This document shows positions 24,272 to 36,409 of a DNA stretch of 64,000 nt, in pieces. The first letter of the stretch is position 1. Each line of letters starts with the position of its first letter. The DNA is from Felis catus. Its lineage: Eukaryota. The stretch covers positions 197,968,001-198,032,000 of the forward strand of contig NC_058368.1 in assembly GCF_018350175.1 (NCBI RefSeq), given 5' to 3'. The notes under the pieces were generated by a model. That model searched no databases and was not told the DNA's origin. It worked only from the letters and a program-made list of their open reading frames with translations. The translations under genes were made by a program, and so were the position numbers.

Positions 24272-27200
24272 TTAATCTCATCCAATGTCCTGCTCTGGTG
24301 AAGCCTGGGAAAAAAGGCTTGAGACAGCTTATTCCTAATATCTTGCACAGCTAGATTTCCAAACAGGAGAGAACCTATTACCCTGAGGTGCTGCCATTCC
24401 TATAAACTTGACATGGTGGTCTCAATATTGGCCTGATCCCCCGGGATTCAGACCTGAGAAGGCCCTTCTGCTCCAACTAGAGAAAGTAAACCATTAAAAT
24501 AACTTTTTTCCCCCTTCCAATAGCCAATGTGTAATCCTAGTCCTGGTTAGAAGAGAAACTGGGCTCAGGGCTCTCATCAGGGCTGTCCCCAGACCTGTTA
24601 CTTTTACATAAGTTACCCCTATAATAGATCATCTATACCAGAACATACATGTCAGTGAATATGGACATTCTAAGAATTTATTAAAAATTCTGATAAAAAA
24701 GATGCGGACTGACTGCTGTCCTGCATTATCAGAGACATGTCACCTTATAATGTGAGTCGTTTGATTTCCTGGGATAGACCAGCTTCTGAAGTCCTTCATT
24801 TACTAGCTAAGTGTCTTCTTCCAGTCCACTTAGATGTGTTCAAATACAAAGAATGACTTGAAAATGGAATTGTTGGTCTTGGGTCATAAAAATTATGTCT
24901 ACCTTCCCTGATGCAAGAATAAGGATATATATTTAGATCTAGAAATAATTTTTGTGATTTTTTTGATTCTTAGGTACACACAATTTTTATGTATATGTAC
25001 AGATAATCTTTATATATATGCACCAGAGAGATCTGAGTTCACATTCTAGCTTCAACATCTAAAAGTTTGAGCCTCAGAAAAAATATGAACTTCAAAGCAT
25101 ATTGAGATGGTCAACACATAGTAAAGAGTTTAACTATATTAAATTTCCAGTTTCTTTAGCCAAACTCTTCTTTTGTAGGAATGGGGATATTTAGGCCCAG
25201 AGAGAAGACACTTTCCAAATCATTTGCTCAACTTCCTCCTGTCCTACTCTGTCTCTTCTCCAAATTGCAGCTGGTGGGCATGAAAAGAAAAGGGGGAGAA
25301 CCCTGTTAGTGGTGAAAATTTCCCTACTTTCATGTGCAGAGGAAATAAAGAGGATACTGGAGGCCAACAAACATATGGGAAAACCTACAGACAGAGAAGA
25401 AAGCCAGAGATCCTATCACTGATTTGAACTAAGGATAGAGGAGGTGAAGAAATATTACCTGAATGAGGTTGCTGCAGAATGTGAGCCTGCTCTAGTCACT
25501 CTGAGGTCACAGCTAGGTTTGAGTAAAGTTGCTATCCCATGAATCTGTGGACAGGGACATGCTGAGCGCAGGGAGAAGCTGCCTTGCTCAGTTGAGTGAC
25601 CACTTATTTGGCATGAAATTGCTGTCATGGCTGTTACCTACTTTGATCCCTCTCCTGAACCACCTCCTCTGGTGTTTCATGTTCCAGCAGGCAAGGACAG
25701 ATCTGGAGGTTCTGTACTTGTGGTTTCTGGTTGCAGATCATGAGAACAAGAAAGACTGGCATTGTGAATGTTTGATGACCTTTACAAAGGTTAATTGTCT
25801 ACCACATTCCCGATGATTTGGTGGGCTTTCTTGCTAACTCAAGGCAGATTCGTGTTCCTGGTCTCTTCTGCCCCCTGAGGTCACTTAGTCCATTCTGCTT
25901 CTCAAAAGGTTTATCTGTTTTGTCTTTCTAGGACGTGATTTCTGACATCCACCTGGGAAACTCGAGCACTGCAGCCAGTAATCTTCGCAGCGCTCAAGCC
26001 TCCCCGTTTCTCCGTTTGTTCCCCTCCACTTCAACTTAGAAGAGCCTGAAAATTTGCCATTAACTGGAAAATATCTATCACATAGACCTTAAACTCTCCT
26101 CGAGTAGTTAGCAATCCTTTTGCTGCTTTGTCTTTTCTTCTCAGCCTGAGTTTCATAGTCTGCCATTTATATTTAGCCTCTTGACATGACGATGACATCT
26201 TACCCTTTATTCTCTTCTTCCCTCTTCTAAGCCAGGATAAACCCAGCTTCCTATTTTTCTACTCCAGACCTCGGTTAATATTGGCGGGTTACCTAAGCCT
26301 GCTAGACTCCTAAGAAAACCTCTTATGTCATGTTGCTAACTATGCCACCCGTATCCATGTCATTTCTTTTTTTTAATCCATTTTTTTTCAACTGTTTGAC
26401 CACACCTCCCCTATATTACTTTAAGCAGGAGAGTTCACTTCTTCTTTATTAAGTAGGGAAGCTCCAGGATGAACCAATTCCACTTTTTTTTCCTCTTTGC
26501 CTTGTAATTCTGGAAATTTTATCATCTACCTTTCTAGTTTTATGCTTCTCTCCAGATCCACTTACCTAGGGATCCACACATTCATGCATCCCTTTCTTTC
26601 TGCTAGTACCTGGTTATGTGGTCTACACTCCTCATCACATTTATTCCTTACAATAACCCCATGAGGTTTCTATCATTGTGAGGCTTGTATAAGAGGAAAA
26701 AAAAAAAAAAACCCTGAAGGTTAGGAGACTAAATTCATTTGCTGAAACTAACTAGCTACTAATGAGTAGAAATGAAATAACTAGCTAGTAATGGTCAGAG
26801 ATGGGGTTCAAAACACAGGTATATTTAACTACAACGCCCATGTTCACGTATTTTTTCCACATTTTCTTTCATCTTAGAGAATGAATCTGCCCTTTAACTT
26901 ATCCATCAATCTTCTTAGGCCAACACCATGAGTGTCTTGTGTGATAGCTTATGCTTTCTGGGCAGCATCTTTGATTTTCCCCCTTTTTGTCCCTCCTTCC
27001 AAAGCCAGGACTCTTCATCTTTATCTAATACCACTTCCTAGGTAATTAGATTGTATACCCCACAGAGGAAAAGATCTTATCTGTACCTAATATCAACCTT
27101 GTAGTTGCGGTGCATTGCAAAGGTTATTTTTTAGCCACTTAATAGGTATTCGGTAATATGTGCACAAAGAAAAAAAGAAGGAATCCATTCATTATATTTG

Positions 27201-27355
27201 TTTGTTTTACTTTGTTCTTGGATATTCTTGAGAATGTTTTCCCAGATGTATTTTGGAAATGTTGTGTCTAATCCACTAAAATATAATCCTACTGGAATTT
27301 CGATTGTAGCCACCTAAATTTGATGAAAGTAACATGTTTCAAATGTAGTCTTTTC

Positions 27356-27517
27356 GGGGCATCTGGCGGGCTCAGTCTGATAAGTACCCAACTTTGGCTC
27401 CGATCATGATCTCGCAGTTCATGAGTTCGAGCTCTGCAATGGGCTCTGTGCTGACAGCCCAGAGCCTGGAGCCTGCTTCGGATTCTGTGTCTCCCTCTCT
27501 CTCTGCCCCTCCCCCAT

Positions 27518-27558
<41 letters not shown>

Positions 27559-27620
27559 GTCTCTTTCTCTCTCTCTCAAAAGTAAACATTAAAACAAAAA
27601 AATTAAAATAAATTAAAATA
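27356..27620 (+). mobile_element. CanSINE
   Basis: TSD aaatgtag(t/a)ctttt. Confidence 0.92.
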
Positions 27621-28099
27621 AAATGTAGACTTTTCACACATGAATATCATATGCCTTATTTTCAACTTGGCGGGTAATTTATCTACTTTCTCAATATCTA
27701 GGAATTCCAAGAATGCTATTTTTAAAACACAATCTGATCTTGTTGCCCAATTCAAATCTTCCATTGACTCTTCCTTGGTTATGTTATGGGGTTATTATTT
27801 ACGGTAAAACTTGAATGTGAAGAAATTTAACATCTTATTTTGTATAACCGAAACCAACTTGCTCATGAATATGCAAATTCTACTGACAACAGGCAACAAG
27901 TATCTTGGGGATCTGTGATTCTGGGGCAAGAGATGGAGACTGAATGAAGAGTGAAGATAAGGGAAGGAGATCATTAGAAGGTTTTTGGATAGACTCAGCA
28001 CTAGTGTCATCCTTTCCAGTGTCTGTACAAGTACTTACTTTAGAAATTAAACTCAAGCGAGAAAAGAACACTGCATGCACCTTCTAACTAAAGACAGTT

Positions 28100-28322
28100 A
28101 TTTTTAAAAATTTTTTTAACGTTTATTTATTTTTGAGACAGAGAGAGACAGAGCATGAACGGCGGAGGGGCAGAGAGAGAGAGGGAGACACAGAATCGGA
28201 AGCAGGCTCCAGGCTCTGAGCCATCAGCCCAGAGCCTGATGGGAGGCTCGAACTCAGGGACCGCGAGATCGTGACCTGAGCTGATGTCGGACACTTAACC
28301 GACTGAGCCACCCAGGCGCCCC
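28100..28322 (-). mobile_element. CanSINE
   Basis: TSD aagacagtt. Confidence 0.93.
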
Positions 28323-28495
28323 AAGACAGTTTTAATTGTTGAAGATTCAGAGGTTTTTGGCTGTTAAGTACCTGTTTCTTCCATGGAACTCCATTTCCCT
28401 TGTTTTCAGAAATGTAAGAGATCCTTGGTGTACTAGCATAATTTTAGTTTTTCCAGATAGAAAAGGCACTACTAACATTAAGAAGAAGACCTCCT

Positions 28496-28764
28496 GGGGT
28501 GACTGGGTAGCTCAGTTGGTTGAGCATCTGACTCCTGATTTAGGCTCAGGTCATAATCCCAGGGTCATGGGATCGAGTCCTGAGTTGGACTCTGTGCTGA
28601 GCATGGAGCCTGCTTAAGATTCCCTCTCCCTCTCTCACGCGCACGCGCAGTCTCTCTCTCCCTCTGCCCCTCTCGCCCGCTTGCATGCTCTCTGTCTCTC
28701 TTTCACATTAAAAAGAAGAAGAAGAAGAAGAAGAAGAAGAAGAAGAAGAAGAAGAAGAAGAAGA
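28496..28764 (+). mobile_element. CanSINE with (GAA)n tail
   Basis: TSD aagaagaaga(c/t)ctcct; the tail has become a GAA microsatellite at about 28712-28764. Confidence 0.9.
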
Positions 28765-30471
28765 TCTCCTGATCTTTATAGGAAAATGGTGGCTGGCAAA
28801 ATCAGATATCTTCACACATCTTCCCCCCGAAAAGAAAATAGAGCTTAATCTGGAGGGTACATAAAATTGCCCAATGCTCGTGTCAGCAGTATAACTGGAA
28901 AACGGACAATATTATCCACTTTGCAATTCCATGTGATTGGGGAAGTACGCTTCCAATACCAGCAGCATTAGCACAAAGAAAGAAAGTTAGAAAGGTTACA
29001 GATGACCCAAATAACACTATTTACCAACTTGACATGACTGAAAATGCTAAAACACTACAGACACTTCTGGATATACGTGGTAGGTATACTTTCCCTATTT
29101 TCACCACTAAATTCAAATGAAATACATATAAAACAAACATAAGACTGTAAGGAGTAGAGAAATCAGATTGGCTAGGGACCTGGGAACTTGAAGAACAGCA
29201 TGGTAGCGAGTTTCCTGTGGGTTTGTTTTTGTTTTTGTTTTTGGCCTTATGTATCCTGGATTTTGAGGTGAGGAAGGTAACAACTTGGAAATACCAGGAG
29301 GCACAGACAAAAAAAAAAATCCCTGGCAAAAGGCTGCTCTCTGTAGCCAAAGGACCAAGAAAGAAACACAAATGACTTTTCGCTTCAAAACATTGTATCC
29401 GAGAAGCTATCATTCTCACCAGCCTGGGGTTGCAGCTGGGTTTCTTATAGGATCTGTTTCATAAATGGTAAAAAAATGTAGCTGGATCCTCCATGAGGCA
29501 CTAATGCCTTGTCAGCACATTTATCCTTTTTTTGTTTAACTTATAAGGTCTTTTTCCTGATGGAACTAAGTAATGCATTCGTTATTACTGTTTCTATGTA
29601 CTACTGTCCTATAGGTGGTTCTTGTCATTGACATTAACCAGGCACTAACAGATAGAATAAAGGAGGGCCAGAATTCGATTTGACTCTACCAATTTGAATC
29701 TTATTGATTCCCTATTAAGTGTCAGGCTTTATGCTAGGTCATAATGATGGCATGACATCCATTAAATTACTGCTCTCATAAATCTTAGAGTTTTATTAAA
29801 AGCAGGTGACAAGCAGGAATCCAAACAAGTAGAAAGTCAGTCAGCTAGGAGATGTGGCAGTTGGTGAGGAAAACCTGAGTCATGTGTGGAACTAATATCA
29901 GAAGAGAGAGAATCCGCCCAACACGAGATAATTAAAAGAATAGAACACTTTCTTCTCTTGGCCTGAATAAAAACTGGAGACATCAAAGGCTCATGTCTAA
30001 TAACATAATTGAGTCCTTACCAAAATGGTCTTCTTATTAAAATATATTTGATTCTTTTTATTTCTGGCAGGATTGAAATAGTACACATGTTTTTGAAGCC
30101 TGAAATAAAATAAACAATACTCTGCTTAATAATGTGATATCTCTTAGGAAAAGATGAGAATTTTGCAGTTAGAAGTTTTTAAAACTTCCTTATACGTTTA
30201 TATGTTCACGTTATTTTTAATGCAGCCCATAGTACAAAATAAATTTCATATTATAACCAAAACACAAATACACATTCACAAAATTATAGTTATACTGTGT
30301 GCAGTGCACTATGGTATTTTCTATCATATTGTTTTCTTCGAGTTTATTCCATTAAGATGCAAGTTGTAACCCACTTGGATTTCACAACAAATATATGAAT
30401 CAGATCCTTTAGTGTGAAGGATATTGGTTTAAACTGTGGGAATTAATAGAAGAATTGATACTTGATCTTGG

Positions 30472-30474
<3 letters not shown>

Positions 30475-30510
<36 letters not shown>
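30475..30510. repeat. (GT)n microsatellite
   Basis: Direct reading. Confidence 0.95.
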
Positions 30511-30513
<3 letters not shown>

Positions 30514-32789
30514 CATGCACACATGTACACATGTGCTCATTCCTGGTAAATAGGCAACTCACATTGACTAGAATGTTGAAAGGATAAATTTCCCAGGAAG
30601 ACCACATCAGCTCTGGACTTCCTCTAGTCTGTGGGATATTAATGGTGGGTGGAAATTCCGAGGGAAGAAAAAATAAACCAGAGGGAGGAGGAGCCAGGTT
30701 AAAAACAGTGGGCATAAATCTACCCTGGTGCAGGATCTTCTGTTTTTCTCCATGAGGAAACTCATGTATATTCTATAGTTTTAACCTTAACCTTCTATGC
30801 TATATTTTCTTTTGAACAGTAAATCACCCTTTTATAAAGAAAGGCATTTATCCATGTGCCTCCAAGTGTGATGGGTAGTATGGGGCTTAAAGAGACCATG
30901 CAATGAAGTCAAAAGATGGCCTCATCTGAATCAACTTGAAGGGATAGTGGGGCAGCAGGGAAGTTGGAAAGGCATACTCTGTGCTGGGTTTCTGGGCAGA
31001 GATGATTGGTGAAGTGGGTGGGTATGGCAGCATAGGGATGGAAATGATAGGAAAGGACAAACAATAATTTAAGAAAGCATTGAGGCAAAAATACAGACGT
31101 TTTCCTTCTCATTTTATGCTAGAGAAAAAATGACCTTTGAAAGTTAAAGGAACTGGGTTCCACAGTTTCATGGAAAAGGGGTTCCTGGTAATGTCAGCAA
31201 AGCATGGATTCTATCCCGAGGAAACACAGTAAGAAGGCAGCTATTAAATTGTATGTAATTTGGACCCTAAAGCAAATCGGAAACATGGCTATCAAAATCA
31301 GGACCCATAACCAGAGCGGAAGAATCTGCAAATCGAATTTGGAATCCTCTAAACTGCACCTAGCAGTTTTTCAAAATCCATAACTAGGATCAGTCTAAGC
31401 CTCTTTATCTTGAGTGGAACTAAACTAAATTAAGGAGGTTTAACATCTTAGCTAAGGGAAGGGAGCAGTTATTTGGACGAGCAGTCAGGATTGTGATGGT
31501 CAATTGAATAGGTTCAGACCTTGAAAATTCCAGACATTAAGCCAGAGTCAAGAGAGCCATAGGCCGATCTTATGATTTAGAAGTTACCAGCAACCCTGAT
31601 GATAGATGGTGAGGAATGCTTTGGAGAACAGGATGAGTTTTATTTTGAAGATATTGTTTGAAATAACATGGGAACATCCAAGTGGATGGAACTAATAACT
31701 CTAATGGCTAGAGAGGCTTCTGGGGTGCTGAGAATGTTTGATGACTTGCTCAGGGTGATTTTTAAATGGGTATGTTGATACTGTGAAATTCCTCAACCTA
31801 TTAACTTCTGATCTGTGCAATTTGCCATATGTATGTGAAACATCAATGCTATTTGACATTAAAAATCTTAGAAATACATTGATATAATAAAGATTAGTCC
31901 AAAAAAACCTTAACAGTATGCCGAAGAATAGTTTACAGTGAAGTAAGTACGATTTATTCCAAGAATGAATGCATAAAACCTATAAAAAGGGTATTACTAT
32001 AGTTTATTATATCAGTAGGTGAAAAGAGACTAATAAATAGTTGATAAATGTTGAAAGTGAATTGAATACAATCTCTATCCATATTTGAATACTCTTTGTA
32101 ATAGGAAAATTGTGAAAGATAAAAAAAAAACTGTGAAAGATACCGTAAACGTTTGAAGTTGGTAAAACGGCCAGCGAGTGCATAAATTTGTAGAACTTAC
32201 GAACTCTCCCAAATGAGAATTCATCATAAAGTTGTTTCCATAAATATTCATAACAGGACTTTTTGTGATACTGAAAAATGGAAATCAACTTACAGGGGGT
32301 TGTTCATATTTTGGTTTATCTATGAGTGAAAAAACAAGTAACTATTACAAATAATATTTTTATGTATGTATTAAAAACAATATTACATATATCTAAAAGT
32401 TAAAGGTGACTTTGATGAGAGGGGGTCTCAGATTTGGTGGTAGCAATGGGAGTGGATAACAGAGGTTTTGTCTAGGCCTCTCTACCTTTAGATTTATCTC
32501 CACCTCTTTTATAGTCACCAGGAAGAACTCACATGAGGGCCTGACTTCAACTCTTCCTTTGTATACATTATCACATAGAATTCATGGAAACCCAGGTTCC
32601 CACACCAAATCACTTAAACTCCTAAGAAGCATAATTGCTGTAAAAAAAAAAAGACAAAAACCAGAATACAATAAACCAATAAAAAACATTTATTCCAAAA
32701 ACCAAACACAGCTAAGAACAATTTAAATGAATATAGTTAGCTTTGATTTTTAGATACTAAAACTTTAGATAAGAATAGACTCTCTTTTT

Positions 32790-32967
32790 ATTTTTATTTT
32801 TTTAGTTTTTTAGGTTTCTTTCTTTTTTTTAATATGAAATTTATTGTCAAATTGGTTTCCATACAACACCCAGTGCTCATCCCAACAGGTGCCCTCCTCA
32901 ATGCCCATCACCCACCCTTCCCTCCGTCCCATTCCCCATCAACCCTCAGTTTATTATCAGTTTTTAA
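32790..32967 (-). mobile_element. Short felid L1 3' end
   Basis: ttaatatgaaatttattgtcaaattggtttccatacaacacccagtgctc; TSD atagactctcttttt on both sides. Confidence 0.8.
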
Positions 32968-33409
32968 GATAGACTCTCTTTTTAAGCACACAGGGAACAT
33001 TCATAAAACTAGACTATCTTTTAGGTCATAAAGGAAGCCTCAGTAAATTCCAAGGCATCACAGACCATGTATTCTGAAATACATATGATCATATGAGTTA
33101 TCCATATGCTTGCAAATTAACTAATTATATCCTCTGAGTTAAAAAGAGAATCTTGATGGGAATTGAACAATATTTAACACTTAAGGCAATGGAAATATTC
33201 ATATTAGTGTAAGCAAATCGTTGTAAAAAATAATCCTAAAATATGCAATGACTCAACATACACAGTAGACATAGGTTCTCGTTCATATAAGTAATCAAAA
33301 ATGTTTCCAGAAGTAGTGTTCTCTTCCACACAATTATTCAGAGAGATAAAGTGGAGTCTCTTCAATCTTCAACAGGTGGCGTCTACAGTAATCATGAGAA
33401 ACACACATG

Positions 33410-34050
33410 ATTAATTATCAGAGACACAAAATTTAAACCACGATGATATATCACTAAGCCTCACTAGAGTGGCTAAAATCCAAGACTGATAAAACCAAAG
33501 CTCGGTGAGGATATGTGCAAACTGGAAAACTGTACATTACTCTTAAGGAGTGCAAAGGGACTCAATTCAGTTGGAAAGATGTGTAAGCTACTCAGGCTGA
33601 AAAATACATCAGGGTGATGCAATCCCACAGCAAACCTGAAGGCATATGTGCAGTAAAATACATGGATAGCAATGCTAGTCACAAGTTTATTCACAATGGC
33701 CAAAAACTGCAAACAATCTAAATGTTCTTCACCGTAAAACAGATAGATACATCCGGTATACTCAGTTAGTAAATACAAAATAGCAGTAAAAGATGAGCCA
33801 TTGATACATACAACAGCGTGACGAATCTTACAAATGCAATGATGAGTAAGTGAAACCAGAAATAGGCGAGGACATGGTGTATAATTCCTTTTATAGAAAG
33901 TACAAAACAGGTGGAACCAATCTATGATATTTGCTGCCAGGATAGTTATTGCCTGGGGAGTTAGTGACCAGGAGGGGATAAGAGCAGGGAAGGCTTTAGA
34001 GATTATGGTAATGTTTTGGTTGTTGAATAGGTTTTTGATTACAAGAATAT
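33410..34050 (+). mobile_element. Ancient L1M 3' region
   Basis: Degenerate L1 3' motifs (ttattcacaatggccaaaaactgcaaacaatctaaatgt); accounts for ORF 33473-34093. Confidence 0.6.
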
Positions 34051-34059
34051 TGTAGAGGA

Positions 34060-35130
34060 CACTGGCATACTTCACCCAGATTCCTTTTACCAATTAAATC
34101 TTTACTCCTCTCCCAGATTTTGTATACTTTGCTCATTATGACTTGGATGTACAACTTTCTTTACAGCACTACCCTTACTGGCTACTAGTTCTATTTTTTT
34201 CTGGATGTTCCCCAAACTGAAAGTGCTAGGAGTTTACATTACCTTTCAGCAACCTCTATCTACTGAGTGAGTGGTGCAGGAGTAGAGCAGCACAGATTCC
34301 TTGCTTTGCAGCAGAACAAACTGTGGCGTAACTTATACTCCCCATGGAACGAGGCTGTATCTGGAAATTCACATAAAATTGCACCTTTGCTTGACTTGTT
34401 TCTCCTCCTAATTCAACTCCTCCACTCCTTAACTAATCTCTTCCAGGAACATGTCCTCAATAAACCTTAGTATGTAAATCAACATATCAAGATCTTCCAG
34501 ATAAGCCAGCCTAAGATAGGTGCCATCCTTAATCATAGGGAGTAGATTATAAGGGTGTGATTCTGGAGTTGGACATCTAGCCACCAAATTGCAATGACTA
34601 CCTCATGACCTGGTAGTAAGTAGTGTTGATGTCCCATAGCATGCTGTCACAACGCATTTTAAAAAAAAATGTTTATTTATTTATTTTGAGAGAGAGAGAG
34701 AGTGGGAGTGAGGGGAGGGGCAGAGAGAGAGAGAATCCCAAGCAGGCTCCCTGTTGTCAGTGTGGAGCCCTTTGCAGGGCTCGATGCCATGAACCGTGAT
34801 ATCATGACCTGAGCCAAAATCAAGAGTCAGATGCCCAACTGACTGAGCCACCCAGGTCCCCCAACAGTGCAATTTTTAAGTTTCCTCTGAGCTGAGTGTG
34901 ACCAGATATACATGGAAGGGGTCCTCTGGCTTATGCAATATTGAATACTTGAAGGGAGAAAATGTTAGGTTTAGGTTGATCAGTGACCAACTTGATGAAA
35001 ATAGGGTCAGATGGCATCCACTGTCTCTTTAAAGAAAACTTCATCTCCTGCAACTGGAAGAAAGATGAAGATAATAACCAGGCATACAGCTTAATTGTAA
35101 CAGAGAAGGCAATGTGGCATGGTAGGGCCA
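34060..35130 (+). mobile_element. ERVL-type LTR (LTR16-like) with adjacent internal remnant
   Basis: LTR-like 3' end ...cctcaataaacc...agcctaagata near 34520, followed by degenerate ERVL-like sequence; recognised from memory. Confidence 0.45.
34658..34862 (-). mobile_element. CanSINE
   Basis: SINE head and (GA)n. Confidence 0.9.
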
Positions 35131-35644
35131 CAAGCACTTACTCATGGAATTTGCTTGTGCCTTCAGGACCTGCTCAAATCTGATCTTGTATATACAGTCT
35201 CCATGTTTTAATGATGGGGAGTCCTCCGCTCCATGTTGAAGGCATTAATATTACTTCATGGGGTGTTAATTTGAAAAAAATATATGTTTTTAATTTTTGT
35301 TTTGTTTCTGCCCCACCCTCTCTCCTACACTCACGGCTAGCCTAATGTCTCCCTATATATACAACTAGATGAAGAGCTTCATTGCTCAGAATGAAGTCAT
35401 CACATCAGTGATAAAGCACGCAGAGATGAATTTTTGGTTTCATAAAATCACTTCCCAAGGATTGTTTCTAAGGAACAAAAATTTAAGATTATATTTGTTA
35501 AAGCCAATACTTTATGGATTTAGCGGAGAGAAGTTTCAGGGAAGAATGATCGACTTCGATGCTGGTGATAGTTCAGAAGAGTGACTATGGCTCTTCTCCG
35601 TCCCATCAACCATGAGGAGGGGTTAATATCAAGAGGAAATTTGC

Positions 35645-35855
35645 AGGGTGCCTGGGTGGCTCAGTTGGTTAAGTGGCCGACTTTGGTTCAGGTCATGATC
35701 TCACAGTACATGAGTTCAAGTCCTACATTGGGCCCTGTGCTGACAGCTCAGAGCCTGGAGCCTGTCTTGGATTCTGTGTCTCCCTCTCTCTCTGCCCCTT
35801 CCCTGCTTGCACTCTGTCTCTCTCTCTCAAAAATAAATAAATAAATATTAAAAAG
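35645..35855 (+). mobile_element. CanSINE
   Basis: Tail-to-tail with the next copy. Confidence 0.92.
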
Positions 35856-35856
35856 A

Positions 35857-36079
35857 TTTTTTAATTTTTTTTAACATTTATCCATTTTTGAGAGACACAG
35901 AGAGACAGAGCATGATTGGGGGAGGGGCAGAGAGAGAGAGGGGGAAACAGAATCCGAAGCATGGTTCCAGGCTCTGAACTGTTAGCACAGAGCCTGACGC
36001 GGGCTTGAACTCATAAACCACGAGATCATGACCTGAACTGAAGTTGGATGGTTAACCAACTGAACCACCCAGATGCCCC
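35857..36079 (-). mobile_element. CanSINE
   Basis: The pair is flanked by aggaaatttgc on both outer sides. Confidence 0.92.
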
Positions 36080-36409
36080 TAAAAAGGAAATTTGCTGAAT
36101 TCAGACATGTTTGGGTATTGAAGAGTATAGAAAATCTGTGTCTCAATTTTTGTTCAGGGTGCTGGAAACAAGCAAGTCCTCACAAAATTCCTGAGCCCAA
36201 AATGACACAGAAGTGTTGGGTAGACCTTCATGCATGGAATGTCTAGATTGATGAACCTGAGAATGGCCTTAATGTCTACATAAGACATCTGGATATCAGA
36301 AGCAGTCAAACGTAGTCTCCATTTGGTAAAGAGTGGTGAGGATTAGAACATGAGAGCCAGTGGATGTGGTCTCAGACCAGGATGAAGGTATAACCCCCAT
36401 TTACATAAT

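Noticed and set aside
25459..25540. Possible non-coding first exon of SPINK13 (minus-strand cag|gtaata donor near 25459)
   Set aside because: Only a donor-like motif; cannot be supported without transcript data.
33473..34093. Longest ORF in the track (206 aa)
   Set aside because: Antisense to a degenerate L1 3' region; no recognisable domain.
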